64,000 nt of DNA, from NCBI RefSeq assembly GCF_001194135.2, contig NC_068982.1, positions 27,821,941 to 27,885,940 on the forward strand, read 5' to 3'. Origin of the DNA: Octopus bimaculoides (Eukaryota). The translations under genes and the position numbers were made by a program. This document shows, piece after piece, positions 24,679 to 37,075 of this stretch (position 1 is its first letter; the number at the start of each line of letters is the position of its first letter). The notes beneath the pieces were generated by a model. The model was not told the origin of the DNA. It saw only the letters and a program-made list of their open reading frames with translations, and made no database searches.

Positions 24679-25055
24679 ACATGATACCAGTTTCAGTCCA
24701 TTCTCATTGCATGGCACCCTGGGTTAGTGTCTTCTACTAATAGCCCTGGGCTGACCAAAGCCTTGTGAGTATATTTGGTGGCTGGAAACTGAAAGGAGCC
24801 TGCTGAGTATATACACATGTGTATGTACTTGTCTTGACACTGCTTGATAGTTATAAATGAGTGTCACCACCATACAAGCAGTGCCCTTCATTTCCAATCT
24901 TCCATGGAAACATGTCTAGCCAAGGGAAATATTACCTTACCTGGAAACAGGAGAGAGTTGGTGATAGGAATGACAACTAGCTGTAAAAAATCTGTCCCAA
25001 AGAATTCTACCTGACCCATGCAAGCATGGAAAAATGGATGTTAAAACAATAACTG
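24679..25055 (+). mobile_element. tRNA-derived SINE, family B (RTE-type tail; also ~46117-46723 -, 50325-50650 +, 55350-55710 +, 59577-60195 +)
   Basis: Head shared with family A, body aaatgagtgtcacc..caagcag, tail cccatgcaagcatggaaaa.tgga..ttaaa. Confidence 0.8.
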
Positions 25056-27989
25056 AAGGATCCAATTTATAATATGCACAATTCAAATGCTTGGCCTCAC
25101 CAAACAAGATCAAACCACTATTAACAACTGGAATCAATGTAACAGCTGTCTATATGTGCACATGTGTGTGGTTTGTGTGCTTAATGCAAATTTAAGAAAA
25201 TACAAATTTAGAAATATTGGCATTTTAACAGAGTCTACCTTTTAATAACTTTTAAAATAGCAACTGAAAAAACATTCTAGCCTTAACATATGGGCAATAT
25301 TGGCAGTGATGAAATGAGTTAAATTTAATACATCAAGGTTCAGGTCTTTGCTTATAAGTTACATATGATATTTTTGTAAACTAAAACAAATTAGCATTGA
25401 ACTCTTGCCAGTAGGAGTGAAAGTTCAAATATTTTAAGGCATGATGAGTTTGGCAAAATATTAAGAAAAATACAGAAAAATACTTTGGGAATTCACATTT
25501 TTAAACAACTAGGAAAATTTTCACGATTAAAGAAATAAAGACAAACTCTTCTGGCAACAAAAGGTTTCTCTTTGTATGCTGGACATGTTTCACGAAACCT
25601 GTATCAAAATTATGATAAGTGTGAAAATGGGGCCTACAGAGGCTGGAGAGATATGGTTTTCATAAGACCTGTTGGATGTACATTATCAACTAACATAAAA
25701 AAGTAGAGTGCAAGAGAAAGAGACTGAACATTAAAGACATCAACTAGCATGTGCAAGAGAAGTTGCTACACTGATGTGGGGAAAAGGTATTGTGCTGACA
25801 GCAGAAGGCACCAAGTTAGAAGACCAAAGAAAATAAAGGAAAAATTGGTGAGGCTTGATCAAGATGTTGGGCATCAGACAAGAACACTGACCCCAATACT
25901 TTCCTGCTGCTTATTTTATTTCACTAGAATGATGAAAGTTGGCCTTGGCAGAATTTCAACTCAGAAAGTAAAGACTGTAACTAAGTAACCCTAAAGTATT
26001 TTGCACAAAACTAACAAACCTGCTGACCTACTTCCCTCTACATAAAAATGTATCATACTAGCAATATTTTTGCCATTACAAAATGTATACTATTTTACTG
26101 ATTTTCTTTGAACCTACCCATCCATTCATATCACATACACATTATGTTCAAAGAGTGTATCAATGGACAAGTTAACATGACAGAAGAATATTTAAAAGCA
26201 GTAAAAAATGGCTTTTAAAAAAGTGATTAGTGAGCATTTTAAATGGTAAAAAATGACTGCCCTGTTTTATTTCAATCTATTTCAACTTTAATTTCTTTGC
26301 CAATATGGTTAATCAAATATTTAAGTCTAGTAAAATTAGCTGATCAGTAATTTGTTTAGATTAATATTTTATGAGTATCATTCTAATTGGCTTAATGGAA
26401 ATATAAAAAAAATTTTTATTATGATAAATTTTTTTTTATTTTGATAAATTTTTTTTTTATTATGATAAGTCACAATGACAATGCCATAATGGGAAAGTAA
26501 AAGAAAACTGCAGTTCATTGTGTACTGCTTATAAGAATTTGAAAGACTTCTTTTAAAGTCTTTCAAGAGAACAAAGAGATCACTCGCTTGATTTATAATA
26601 ATCATTTCTTTAAGAGATGCTCTTTGATTTATTTTATCTCACTGTTACTATGACTGGAAAAATTTTGCAAATTTGCATATGAATTGCTAAAGTAAATATC
26701 GTTAACAGAAGAATGTACTTTCAAATAAGTATTATTATGAAGAAATATACTTAATTCAGTTATCTAAGAAGAGGAGAATAATGAGCTTTAGAGAACACTC
26801 CATAATCTCCTTGCAAACAATGTAGCCATGTCTTCATTATATCATTAATGCATCAATTGTGAGATCATCAGTCAGAGAGTGAAATTCATTTCGTTGCTAT
26901 TATGTTAAACTGCCGTATGTCCAAATTTAGCCAAATGCGTTTTTTTCAATACTTATTTTTGCTTGCAATAGCTGGTTCTTTTGGTCAAACTATCGTATCT
27001 CCAGCTGCTTCAGATGCCAAGATATCAAAAATTGTCAAAGTGTAGTACAATGGTTTTGCTATGGAAAGGTGAAACTATTTTTTCGTTCTCTGAAAAGCAT
27101 GTTTTGGACTTACAACACTTTTGCATTATAGCAATGATTTATATTTACATGGTTTTGATAAGGGTTTTGATCAACTTGAGCTGTTTTTGTTTTTACATAT
27201 ATACATCTTAGACATACAGTGTGATAATTTAGCCTTTCCTAGAAAGTTAATGTTCTTCATTAGATGTAAAATATAACATGACCAGTTTTTGGTACATTTG
27301 TCTGTTTCAAGAAGTTTTATATCTAACCTCGTGTGACTGATATCCTTATACTGTGTAAGTCACAGTATTCTATCATTTTCACACTGACTGAAAATAAATA
27401 CAATTCTTGGAACAGAACATTCTGTAGCAGAAAATTTACAAGCTAAGATCAATCATATTTCCTCTATATCATATATCAGAAGTTGACTCTTTTGGTCTAT
27501 TCTTTCACTCTATAGACTTCCTGCCATAGTCCAAAATTATAATTTACAGGAACATTTTCTGAGAATTTTCAAAGAAAAATATGTAAGATTAATCATGATG
27601 TAACCTGTGGATTACATACAAGTCTTGTTGCCTAGTGTACATATACACACACATATAAACACAAGATTTGAATATAATCAGAAAATAAACCAAATAAAAA
27701 TGCAAACAGATACCAAAAGATAAAACAATTTCTAACATTTTAGCAATAAATTATCTCACAGATAAAGAAATAAGTATTTTATTTATAATATTATCAAACT
27801 GTATTTTGACTATTATTAGTTAATTTTATTTTTTTCCCTTTTTTGTCTATCAAACATGACATATCTATGAATAATTTTAAAATTATTTTGCATCACTTTT
27901 TGAAGTATATATATATAAAAAAAAAAAGTATCCAGAATAATTTATTATATGCAATGTTGTGTTTTTATCAATTTGAAAATGGAATATTA

Positions 27990-28760
27990 TCTTAGTATAA
28001 ATAAATATCATCAACATCATTTAACTTCCTATGTTCCAAGGTGGTGTGTGTTGGATGTTTCTCTGTGTTGGATGGTCTTTCTCTATCCAATTCAAACTGC
28101 AATTTATCAGGAGCATCGTTTTTTAAATTGTCAAAGAATGCCAACACTTATATTCCCATACTCTTCTCCAGTACTCTCAAGGGTATGTTCTTGCACAAGG
28201 CTTCCCAATTAAAACCACTTGTACTCTCATTTTTCAAGCAAATTTCTAGCTAACTGCTTCTTTTTTCATTAGACTTATCCTGCCTAGCATTCCATCTAGT
28301 TTCAAAGTATAATAGTTGCTAGCTAAGTATTTTGTCTTCGATATCTTAACTAGTCTTATTTCCTTATTTCTTTGAAATATAATGCTTTCCCATCTTCATT
28401 GTTACCTGTTTGCACCAACCTCCAAATCCAATTTGGCTATGCAGTTGTATTTTATGATTTATTATACCTTTATAATTTCTGTTCACATTTCAAACAGTAT
28501 ATACCAAGACTACTTATTGTTATCTATCCAAAACTGTCTCTCTTACATGTTTGGGGGAGAGCAAGAGAGAGAGAGAGAGAGAGGAACAAGGAGAAATAGA
28601 GAAAGACAGATACACATATCTTACATACGTTTAGCCAATAGACCTCAACATCTGACCACCAATGCACAGTACATCTCAAGTCTCCTATATTGTTACAACA
28701 TTGTTACATCACCAGCTGTAATCTTTATTGTTCCTGAAGCCAGCATTCACATCAATCACT
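27990..28760 (-). mobile_element. Highly degenerate LINE (RTE-like) 3' region
   Basis: Only weak remnant motifs (FNWEALC) and a GAT-repeat tail near 27995-28020. Confidence 0.35.
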
Positions 28761-28932
28761 TTACAGGATATATAAATTATGCAGAAGCATGATGCATATA
28801 CTTACATGTGCATATCTGCATGTAAGCTGAGTATCAAAACAAATTTACAGACAACTACTAAGATGATTTATTTTTCATTTCCATCATTAAGAACATCTGC
28901 TTGTTACTGACAATTATTAGAAAGCTGATAAG

Positions 28933-28967
<35 letters not shown>

Positions 28968-29650
28968 CATTTGCTTCTTGTCATCATGCTGTTGAAAGCA
29001 TTAGTAAGCAAATGCAAAGCCTTATCTTCTAGTATTAATTCATATTTTTCAATGAAAAGCAATTTACATTACATTTTAAAGTTTTTAACTCTTTTTCATT
29101 TTCCTTTTGTATGGCATGTTTTCAACTTTTGCTTTTATTTCTATCTTTAAAAACTTCCATTATAGAAAATTATTTTAATGACAATTTTGGTGATAATGCT
29201 GCTGCTGCTAAAGTATCTGGAATCTACAGCTAATGATCTGTGTGCCACTCAAAGATTAGAATTAAAATACTGTTCGTTTATAGAAGGTATCAAGCATATT
29301 TTATCACAGGTATAGAAAACAATAGTTAGAGTGCATCAAAATAAGTGTCTTTTTAGTTTTTTTTTTGAAAGCGTGAGTTATTAGAGTATCCCAAAGTCTT
29401 AGCAGATCTTAAGTATAGAAAAAAAAAAAAGAAAACAAATTTAATTGCTCAAAATAACTAACTGGATGAGAAGCTTAATTACATGAAAAGATAAATTGTA
29501 TCAACAATGTTAATATATTTTCTCACTAGCCTCCAATAACAAATAAGACAGTTACAAGAAATAAACAGATCTTGACAATTATTGGCTGAGTTGGTTTTGA
29601 AGCTGTCCAGAAAATACGGCGACACTCTTGCAACTATGTTCAAGCATTAT

Positions 29651-29672
29651 GGTTGGTTGGTTGGTTGGTTGG

Positions 29673-29732
<60 letters not shown>
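29651..29732. repeat. (GGTT)n + (TG)n microsatellite
   Basis: Direct reading. Confidence 0.98.
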
Positions 29733-29733
<1 letters not shown>

Positions 29734-29759
29734 CCATCTGTTTTTACTACTCTTAGATT

Positions 29760-29960
29760 AATAATTAGGGACAATTGGATGAGAATAGAGCGTTTGACGA
29801 TTAACTTGATTTGTTGCAGGTTAGAAGTTAGAGGGAAAATGCAGAGCATTTCAAAGAAATATGGTCTAGGGAAATAGGCTTGGTATGAGATTGGAGAGGT
29901 GAAACAATAAGGTAGCAGAAAAAACAAGCCAAGGGCATCCACTGAGATGGTACCTTCAGA
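29760..29960 (-). mobile_element. L2/Crack-like LINE 3' end fragment
   Basis: YFPRP...FPLTSNLQQIK..V.R resembles the L2 C-terminal FFPRT..LWN.LP..FP...NLQ.FK pattern. Confidence 0.45.
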
Positions 29961-30337
29961 AATTCAGAGGTTGTTAGAGTAGTGACAAAGATACAACTTC
30001 AATCAATGAAGTGTTGTATGTTAACAATGTTTCTTAATGAAAAAGGTAGGTAGCAGTTTTCAAGGAAGCAATCCAGAATGAATGTATACCCCATCCAAGC
30101 TGCAGGGGCAGTAATCAATCACCAAGCTTATATGCACCTTGAAAAAGGTAAATATCAAGTATTTCTGGATCTAAAAAGATATAGCCTATATCTATGCAAT
30201 TGGGAACTTCTTAAAAGTGGAAAATGTGAAGACAATGTCAAAAATGGTGTTATGTACTACAGAAAACACAGTACAACCAACACTTATACAAGCAAATGTC
30301 TTGTCTTTTCACACATAGCATATCTTTGTGAATAGAA

Positions 30338-30375
<38 letters not shown>

Positions 30376-30699
30376 AGCTGGATTAGCTTCAATCCTGTGT
30401 TGGGATTCCATCAGTGATTGAAACCCAGTTTAACTGTTCACAGTAGCACTTTAAAATCTGCAAATACTTGACTGAATTAAGCAGATCAAGCTGCATATTA
30501 TAATACATTCCTGGAAGTTAATTTGATTGATAAATCACTGGTGTACTAAAAAATGTTTTGTTCCACTGCTATTATGTACTAAAGAACATATACCTATAGA
30601 TTTTAGCCAATACTGTATGTAAGAAATATGATGTACTCTGCAGTGCATAATAACAGTAAAATGAAACACTTGACAAATTAATAATTTATTAATGTAGAA

Positions 30700-31110
30700 A
30701 AATATTAATGTTTCCTTGAAGTGTTGTCACTCTTGAGCAGGAGTTCATCATTAAATAGTCTATGCAGAATGCTTCATAGCATTCTTCAGTGGAGGATGTT
30801 AAGCAAGTGGTTAGAGACACTATGTGAATGGTGCATACGTGTTGAATGAGAATTATGTAGGGGAAGATTCATCAGCATAGAAATAGATATGACATGTAAT
30901 GAGAGGAACGGTTACTAATATGAAAGAAGAAAAGGGGTCAGGCATATAATTGAATCTCGAGTAGAAGCTTGAGAGAACCCGACTCCTTTACAACAACAGT
31001 GATTTGGAAGAAGTAACTGAAATGATGAAGCCAATAATTTGGTAACTTTGCCAGTGATAGTCAGAAACCAAAATAATTTCAACAAGATCGTACTGATCAA
31101 GGAATGATTC
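30700..31110 (-). mobile_element. L2/Crack-like LINE RT-core fragment
   Basis: Degenerate PFLLFI...IYFYADES (YADD equivalent), with HSLIS upstream. Confidence 0.55.
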
Positions 31111-31275
31111 TCAAATGAAGTGATTGAGATTCAAGGAATATTTACTTACAAGTTCATTAAAAATGATAATCCCTAACGACTTGTAAGTAGAGAGAGGGGA
31201 GCAGAGAGTGAAAGAAGGAGACACACACACACACACACACTGAAAGACAAAAAAGGTGAGAGACAAATTGTGTGT

Positions 31276-31310
<35 letters not shown>

Positions 31311-33816
31311 TCAACCCAGCAATGATGAAAATAACTGCATTGAAATTGATTTGGTTATGTTAGTTTTGAAGGATCATACTGTTTGTTACAATTAACAGCT
31401 TTGAACAAAGCAGTGAAAAGAGAAAAAAAAAAGGAATATATTTGCATATGAGTGTAGGCAAGCTTTTGTATGAATGTGCACGCATTGCACTCGTAAGAAC
31501 AAGTGGAGTGTAAAGATGTGTAGACTTTTGGCTTTAGCTTCAAGGATACTGCTAATAGAATTGGGTTGAAAAATTGTGGGAAAGACAATTTGGCAAAATT
31601 GGTAAAAACTGTTTTGGCCAAAAGCCAAAAGGCTTAACTGAAATTAGGAAACTGAGAACCTATAAGCTATGATTATAAAAAGATAACTTCCACACCTTTC
31701 ATATCTTTGGTGCAAGAGTTTATTCAGTTCAATATAAAAACCAATAAAAATAAGTACATAACATACTTCAGTTTGATAAAAACATGAATTATGGCTATTT
31801 CTACGTTCTGTACTAACACATTGTCTTTTACATGTGAAAAAGACAAAAGAGACAATAAAACTTTTGTTTACTGAGATTGCTTTCCGTTTTTTAAAATTAA
31901 TTTTTGAACTGCTTAGTTCAAAAATAAGTGTCAGGATAAGAGTTTAGTAAACTTCAGTTCAAATGAAATATTAGTTCCAAATTTTGGCAGATGGCCAGTA
32001 ATTTTGGGGGAGGGGTTAAGTCAATTACTTTGACCCTAGTGCTTGACTTATTTCATCGATGCTGGAAGAATAAACAGCAAAAATCAACCTTGGTGGAATT
32101 TGAACTCAGAATGTAAAGAGACGAAATACCATTAAACATTTTGCCGGGTGTGCTAATGATTCTGCCAGCTTGCTTGCTCACTTCTCAACAAATATTAACA
32201 TGCAAAATATAAGGGAAAAAGTGTTTAAATGAGTAAGGTACCTAAAAATCGAGTATTTTCTCTTCTAAAGAAATAGACTGGTATTGAAAATAACTTGAAA
32301 TGATATAGTTAGCCCAATATGTCCATAGTCTAACTGAATATCTCAACATTGTCTTTACACATATTTTGAATATGTACATATATGTATATTGGTTTCAAAT
32401 TTTTTCACAAGGCCAGCAATTTCAGGGGAGGGGACAAGTTGATTACATTGACCCCCACAGATTAACTGGTCCTTATTTTATCAAACCCAGAAGGATAAAA
32501 GGCAAAGTCAACCTCAGCACAATTTGAACTCAGAATGTAAAAGACAGATGAAATGCCACTAAGCATTTTGCCCTGCATGCTAACTACTCTACCAGCTTGT
32601 TGCCTTGAATATATACATAATATATTAGTTCAATTAAAATTTTGTTGTCTGGAAGAATTTACAAATAATGACAATATCAAAATAACTTTATGGCAACACA
32701 GAATATAAATGATGTTGGCACTTTGTTGAGTGTCGTATAGCTTATACATCCTGTCCACATGCATAAAACTTGTATTTTCTTTTCTTTGCACATAAATTAT
32801 AAGCAGTTTACAGATGTGGCAGAAAAGCTGTGAGATCTAATGTAAAAGTCTATAAACTAAATTCAAGATTTCTTAGAAAATTTTAATTTTGAAAACTGCT
32901 TATCATGTAAACACTAAATTTTAACTTGTCATTAAGCTAAAAGAAAACATCTGCCGGAATATGTATTCATTGTGACCTATATTTGCATTGTTACATTTAT
33001 AAAAATATTGCATTTAGTCATATTTTTCTCTATACCTTTGAAACGTCTATATTGTCAGAACTGAAGGAAACTAATTTGAATACACACATACACAATGATG
33101 TGTGTGTGTGTGTGAAGTAATGCAGTCCTAAATGGAATAAGGTTTCTTAAATCTTTTATTATTATTACTGAAATGCTGCAGATAAACTGGGAGCAATGTG
33201 CTAGTGTTGCTGCAGAAATGATAGTAGAAAGTATATTAGTGAGCTCGAGAGGAAAGCTGGGTTACGAACAGGTCAATAGAATGTAGTTGACAGATGTTTG
33301 GTTAAGAGAGTAGAGGAAGAAAACTACTTGATGATGAAACACTTCTATTGCACAGCTACTTCTATATTAGCAAACTAAGTATGATTCCAGGGTACAGTAA
33401 GGTTGTTAGATGTTATGCTAAGGATACATATTAGATTTACAAATTACAATCTATGAGAAAAAAAAAAAAAAAAATTTAGTTTCCTTTTGAAGTTCAAAAT
33501 GGTTGGACATTTTCTAATAACAAGCAGCAGTATTTTCTATTGATAAGACTGTAGTGTTATATACATTGTCTACCATGACTATCACTGAGTACAGTTTGAA
33601 GTAATTACTGAAAGTAGATTAGAAATGAGTCAAGGAAAATAGTAAAGTGAGAAGGAGCTAAGGAACTAATGCTCTTATAAATTAGATTTTCAATTACACT
33701 CTCATTGGCAACAAATGTAGTTTAACTGATGTTGAATGACATATTTTAGCAAAGATATAACCATTTTTATGAATTTGTGTTGCAAGATTCCTAATGTGAA
33801 ACTGTGCTGAAACAGA

Positions 33817-34208
33817 TATTGTTGTATTTCGGGATGGTCATTTTGCTTTTTTGGCCAACACACACACTATACATATTCGGTCTTCACTGGTTTATTACTG
33901 TTCTTATTCTAACTCATGTCAATTGCCAGAGATCTTTCGTCACATCTGTGACCTCTTCAGTGAAGACCTTTTCTGTCCTCGTGTGTGCTCCTGCTCCACT
34001 TAATCCATCAGAGAATGGATTAAGCAGAGCAAAAACACACACGAGGACAGAAAGTATCACTAAAGGAGTCACAGATGTGTGACAAAAAGACTTCCGGACA
34101 ATAGACATGAGTTATAATAAGAACACTAATTAATGAGTGAAAAACAAATATATAGTGCGTGTGTTTATTTGGTGGTGGGGGAAATGACCATCCCAAAATA
34201 CAACAATA
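33817..34208. mobile_element. Fold-back (long-TIR MITE-like) element, ~190-bp arms
   Basis: Outer ends tattgttgtatttcgggatggtcattt / aaatgaccatcccaaaatacaacaata; centre ttaatccat-cagaga-atggattaa. A solo arm fragment lies at ~39890-39960. Confidence 0.85.
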
Positions 34209-35598
34209 AACCTTACTGTTTTGAAATTTTTCCATATCCTAAAAGACTGGAGGTTTACTATAAAAGCCAGCGTTTTTAACCTGTAAAGCCTATTCTGATG
34301 AAAGAGTATGAAATTTTTGATATCTGGTATGTTATTTGGAAGCTATATTTAATATAACACCAAGATCATTTCATTCTCAGAGATATTTCTCTCAAAGATT
34401 CAGGCAGAGCTGTTTGGTTAAGAAATTTGCAACCACATGGCTCCAGGTTTGGTCCCACTGCATGACACTTTAAGCAATTATCTTTTGCCATGGGTTAAGC
34501 TTGATCAATGCCTTGTTAAGTAGAATTTGGTGAAGGCTCATCATGCACGTGTGTGTGTGTGTGTGTGTGTATTATTTAGTCATGTAAATTGGTAAAAAGA
34601 TATAAACTTTGGCAAGAAAACTGCTAAAACCAGCACTTTCAAACAAAATAACCTATTGCATCTGTTTCCCCCAATTTGTATGGAGGCTTGCTTGTCACAT
34701 TTGCCATCCTAAAGGCAGTGAATCAACTAGAGATTGGCCGTTGGAAAAATATATCCAACACGGCTATTGTTCACAAAATATGATAAAAAATTAATAATAA
34801 ATAACACAGATGGTTTCAAAGAGACAACTGATTTGTGATTTTTGTGGTGTTTAGTTGAGATAACTACTATTCATTGATTTGCTGATTTTGTTCATGATGG
34901 TTGGTAAATATACTCTAAATGTGTTTAATTAGAGAGATGTGAAAAGACTCAAGGCATTAATGGTCATCTGCATTACCATAGGAAGTTGTAAGATGATAAA
35001 TATGTTAAATGCAAAATCTATTTAGAATAGAAAGTTTAATAAGTCATATTGTTCAGATTAAAAAAGAAAATTATCAATTGAAGCTGCATGAGAAGTCAGA
35101 GATTATCTGGCCTTGCATTTATATTGACTTAGAAGATTTTTAGCTTGTTCATGCATAGAGAGAATGTAACTTGAAACTACCTTCTTCAAGGTGATAGAAA
35201 TTAGGTGTTAGTGCTATTAAAAATGTCCTGGTCAGTTATGTTACCCTTGGAGAATATTTTGAGGTTTCTGTACAAGGTTAAAAAGTTTGCTTTGCATCTG
35301 TATGATTTCAGGTTCTGTCCAAATGGGTGGCACCTTGAGCAAGTGTCTTCTAGCCTTGGGAAGACTTGCACAGTAATGCAAGTCTAGCTTAAGGTGTCTA
35401 GTAGTGCATAGGTGTTGTTAGAGGGGGTAATACATCAAAGTGCAGAAGAAGAACTAAAGATAGCCAAAACTGCAGCAGGGTTGGCAAGAGTGTGGCTTAG
35501 AAGTGGAAAGACTAGATTGATTTCATAAAAAATAGGTTATGGGGAAAGGAAAATCAAAAATGTGATTTTCACCAAATTCAGCTACTGTGATGAAGATA

Positions 35599-36460
35599 CA
35601 AGGTGGTATCAAAAAGTTCCCAGACTAGTTAGATTTGATAAAAAAACAAACTTATTTACCTAAGTTTTAACATCATCATCTTTGAAATAGTCACCTTGCA
35701 CAGCAATACACTGGTCCCAGCATTCCTGCCACTTTTGGAATCCGGCCTGGAAGTCGTTTCAATAAGCGAGTTAAAGACCTTCTGGGATTTGCTCTTAATC
35801 TAAACAATGGTGCCAAAATGGTGACCTTTGAGCTGCCTTCATTTTAGGGAAGAGTTGGAAGTCTGCAGGTGCTAAATCTGGTGAATAGAGTGGATGTGGA
35901 AGCGGTACCATTTTAATTTTGGTGAGAAACTCACAAGTGAGGAGAGCCTGGTGACAGGGTGCATTGTTGTCATGAAGAATCCAATTCTTTGCGCTTCACA
36001 GATCTGATTGCTTTAATCAAATGTCCTCTCTCATTGATTGTCCTTTCACCGATCATCATGCACAATCTAATTAATTTTCTCCACATTTCCGGGGATGATG
36101 CTCATGGAAGGTCTTCCAGGTCACTCATCTCCCAAGGATGTTCTTCCACTTTTGAAGTGCCTGTGCCACTAGAAACATTGCATACAATCCATTGTTGCCG
36201 TAGCTTGTTGAAGCATGCTCAATGTCTCTGCAGTAGACTTCTCAAGTTTATTGCAAAATTTTACATTGGCTCTTTGTTCCAACTTCCAGACCATGACAAA
36301 AATCACAGATTACAGCAAATATGTGATCAGAAAAACACAAATTTCACAACTTGCGAAGTAAACACAGCAATGTCACTTGGCACATTGAATGCGCAACCAT
36401 CTGCTGCCATCTGTTGGTGCATTACAGAACTAGTCCGGGAACTTTTTGATACCACCTTCA
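35599..36460 (-). mobile_element. mariner internally deleted element, copy 2 (irritans-like TIR by inference)
   Basis: ~32-bp TIR (TA)CAAGGTGGTATCAAAAAGTTCCCAGACTAGTT / AACTAGTCCGGGAACTTTTTGATACCACCTTCA. Transposase remnants include HDNNAPCH and YSPDLAPADF. Collinear with 10696-11550. Confidence 0.92.
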
Positions 36461-36844
36461 CTTAAATAAAGAAGTGTGATCTGATAGAAGAAAATAAAAT
36501 GTGATTGTGTGATTAGGAAAATGTGATTAGGAAGTTTGCTTCACTACTGTATGGTTTCAGATTCCATCCATCTGGGTGAGACCATGAGCTAGTGTCTTCT
36601 AGTCTTGAGCAGACCAATGCCATGTAAGATTTGGTAGACACAAATTGTATGTAAATGTGACGTGTGATTATGTGTGTACACATGCTTATAGTGGATTCTC
36701 CTGTCGGCTATGCAGCATGAGGATGCAATAACCATTATCGTAACTGTTTGACTACCCACACAGATGGTGAAGGCTTGTGAAAGACCAGCTACACTTTTTG
36801 GAAATCTTGATAGTAGAAAGTTGCTATCAAATAGAGTCCTCCCT

Positions 36845-37075
36845 CCCTCCACACACACAAACCCCCACACAGACATGTGCACACACAAACTGACATACAC
36901 ATGCACACAAACTCCAACACAGACACATGCACACACAAACTGACATGCATGCACGCACTCCCACACACGCACGCATGCACTCTCATACACATACACACGT
37001 CCACACTCACACACACATGCACACTCCCACACACACACACACACATACAGATCAATATAGACACGTGTTTCAGCC
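36845..37075. repeat. Imperfect (CA)n/(RY)n low-complexity tract
   Basis: Direct reading; source of the spurious His/Thr and Cys/Val-rich ORFs. Confidence 0.95.
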
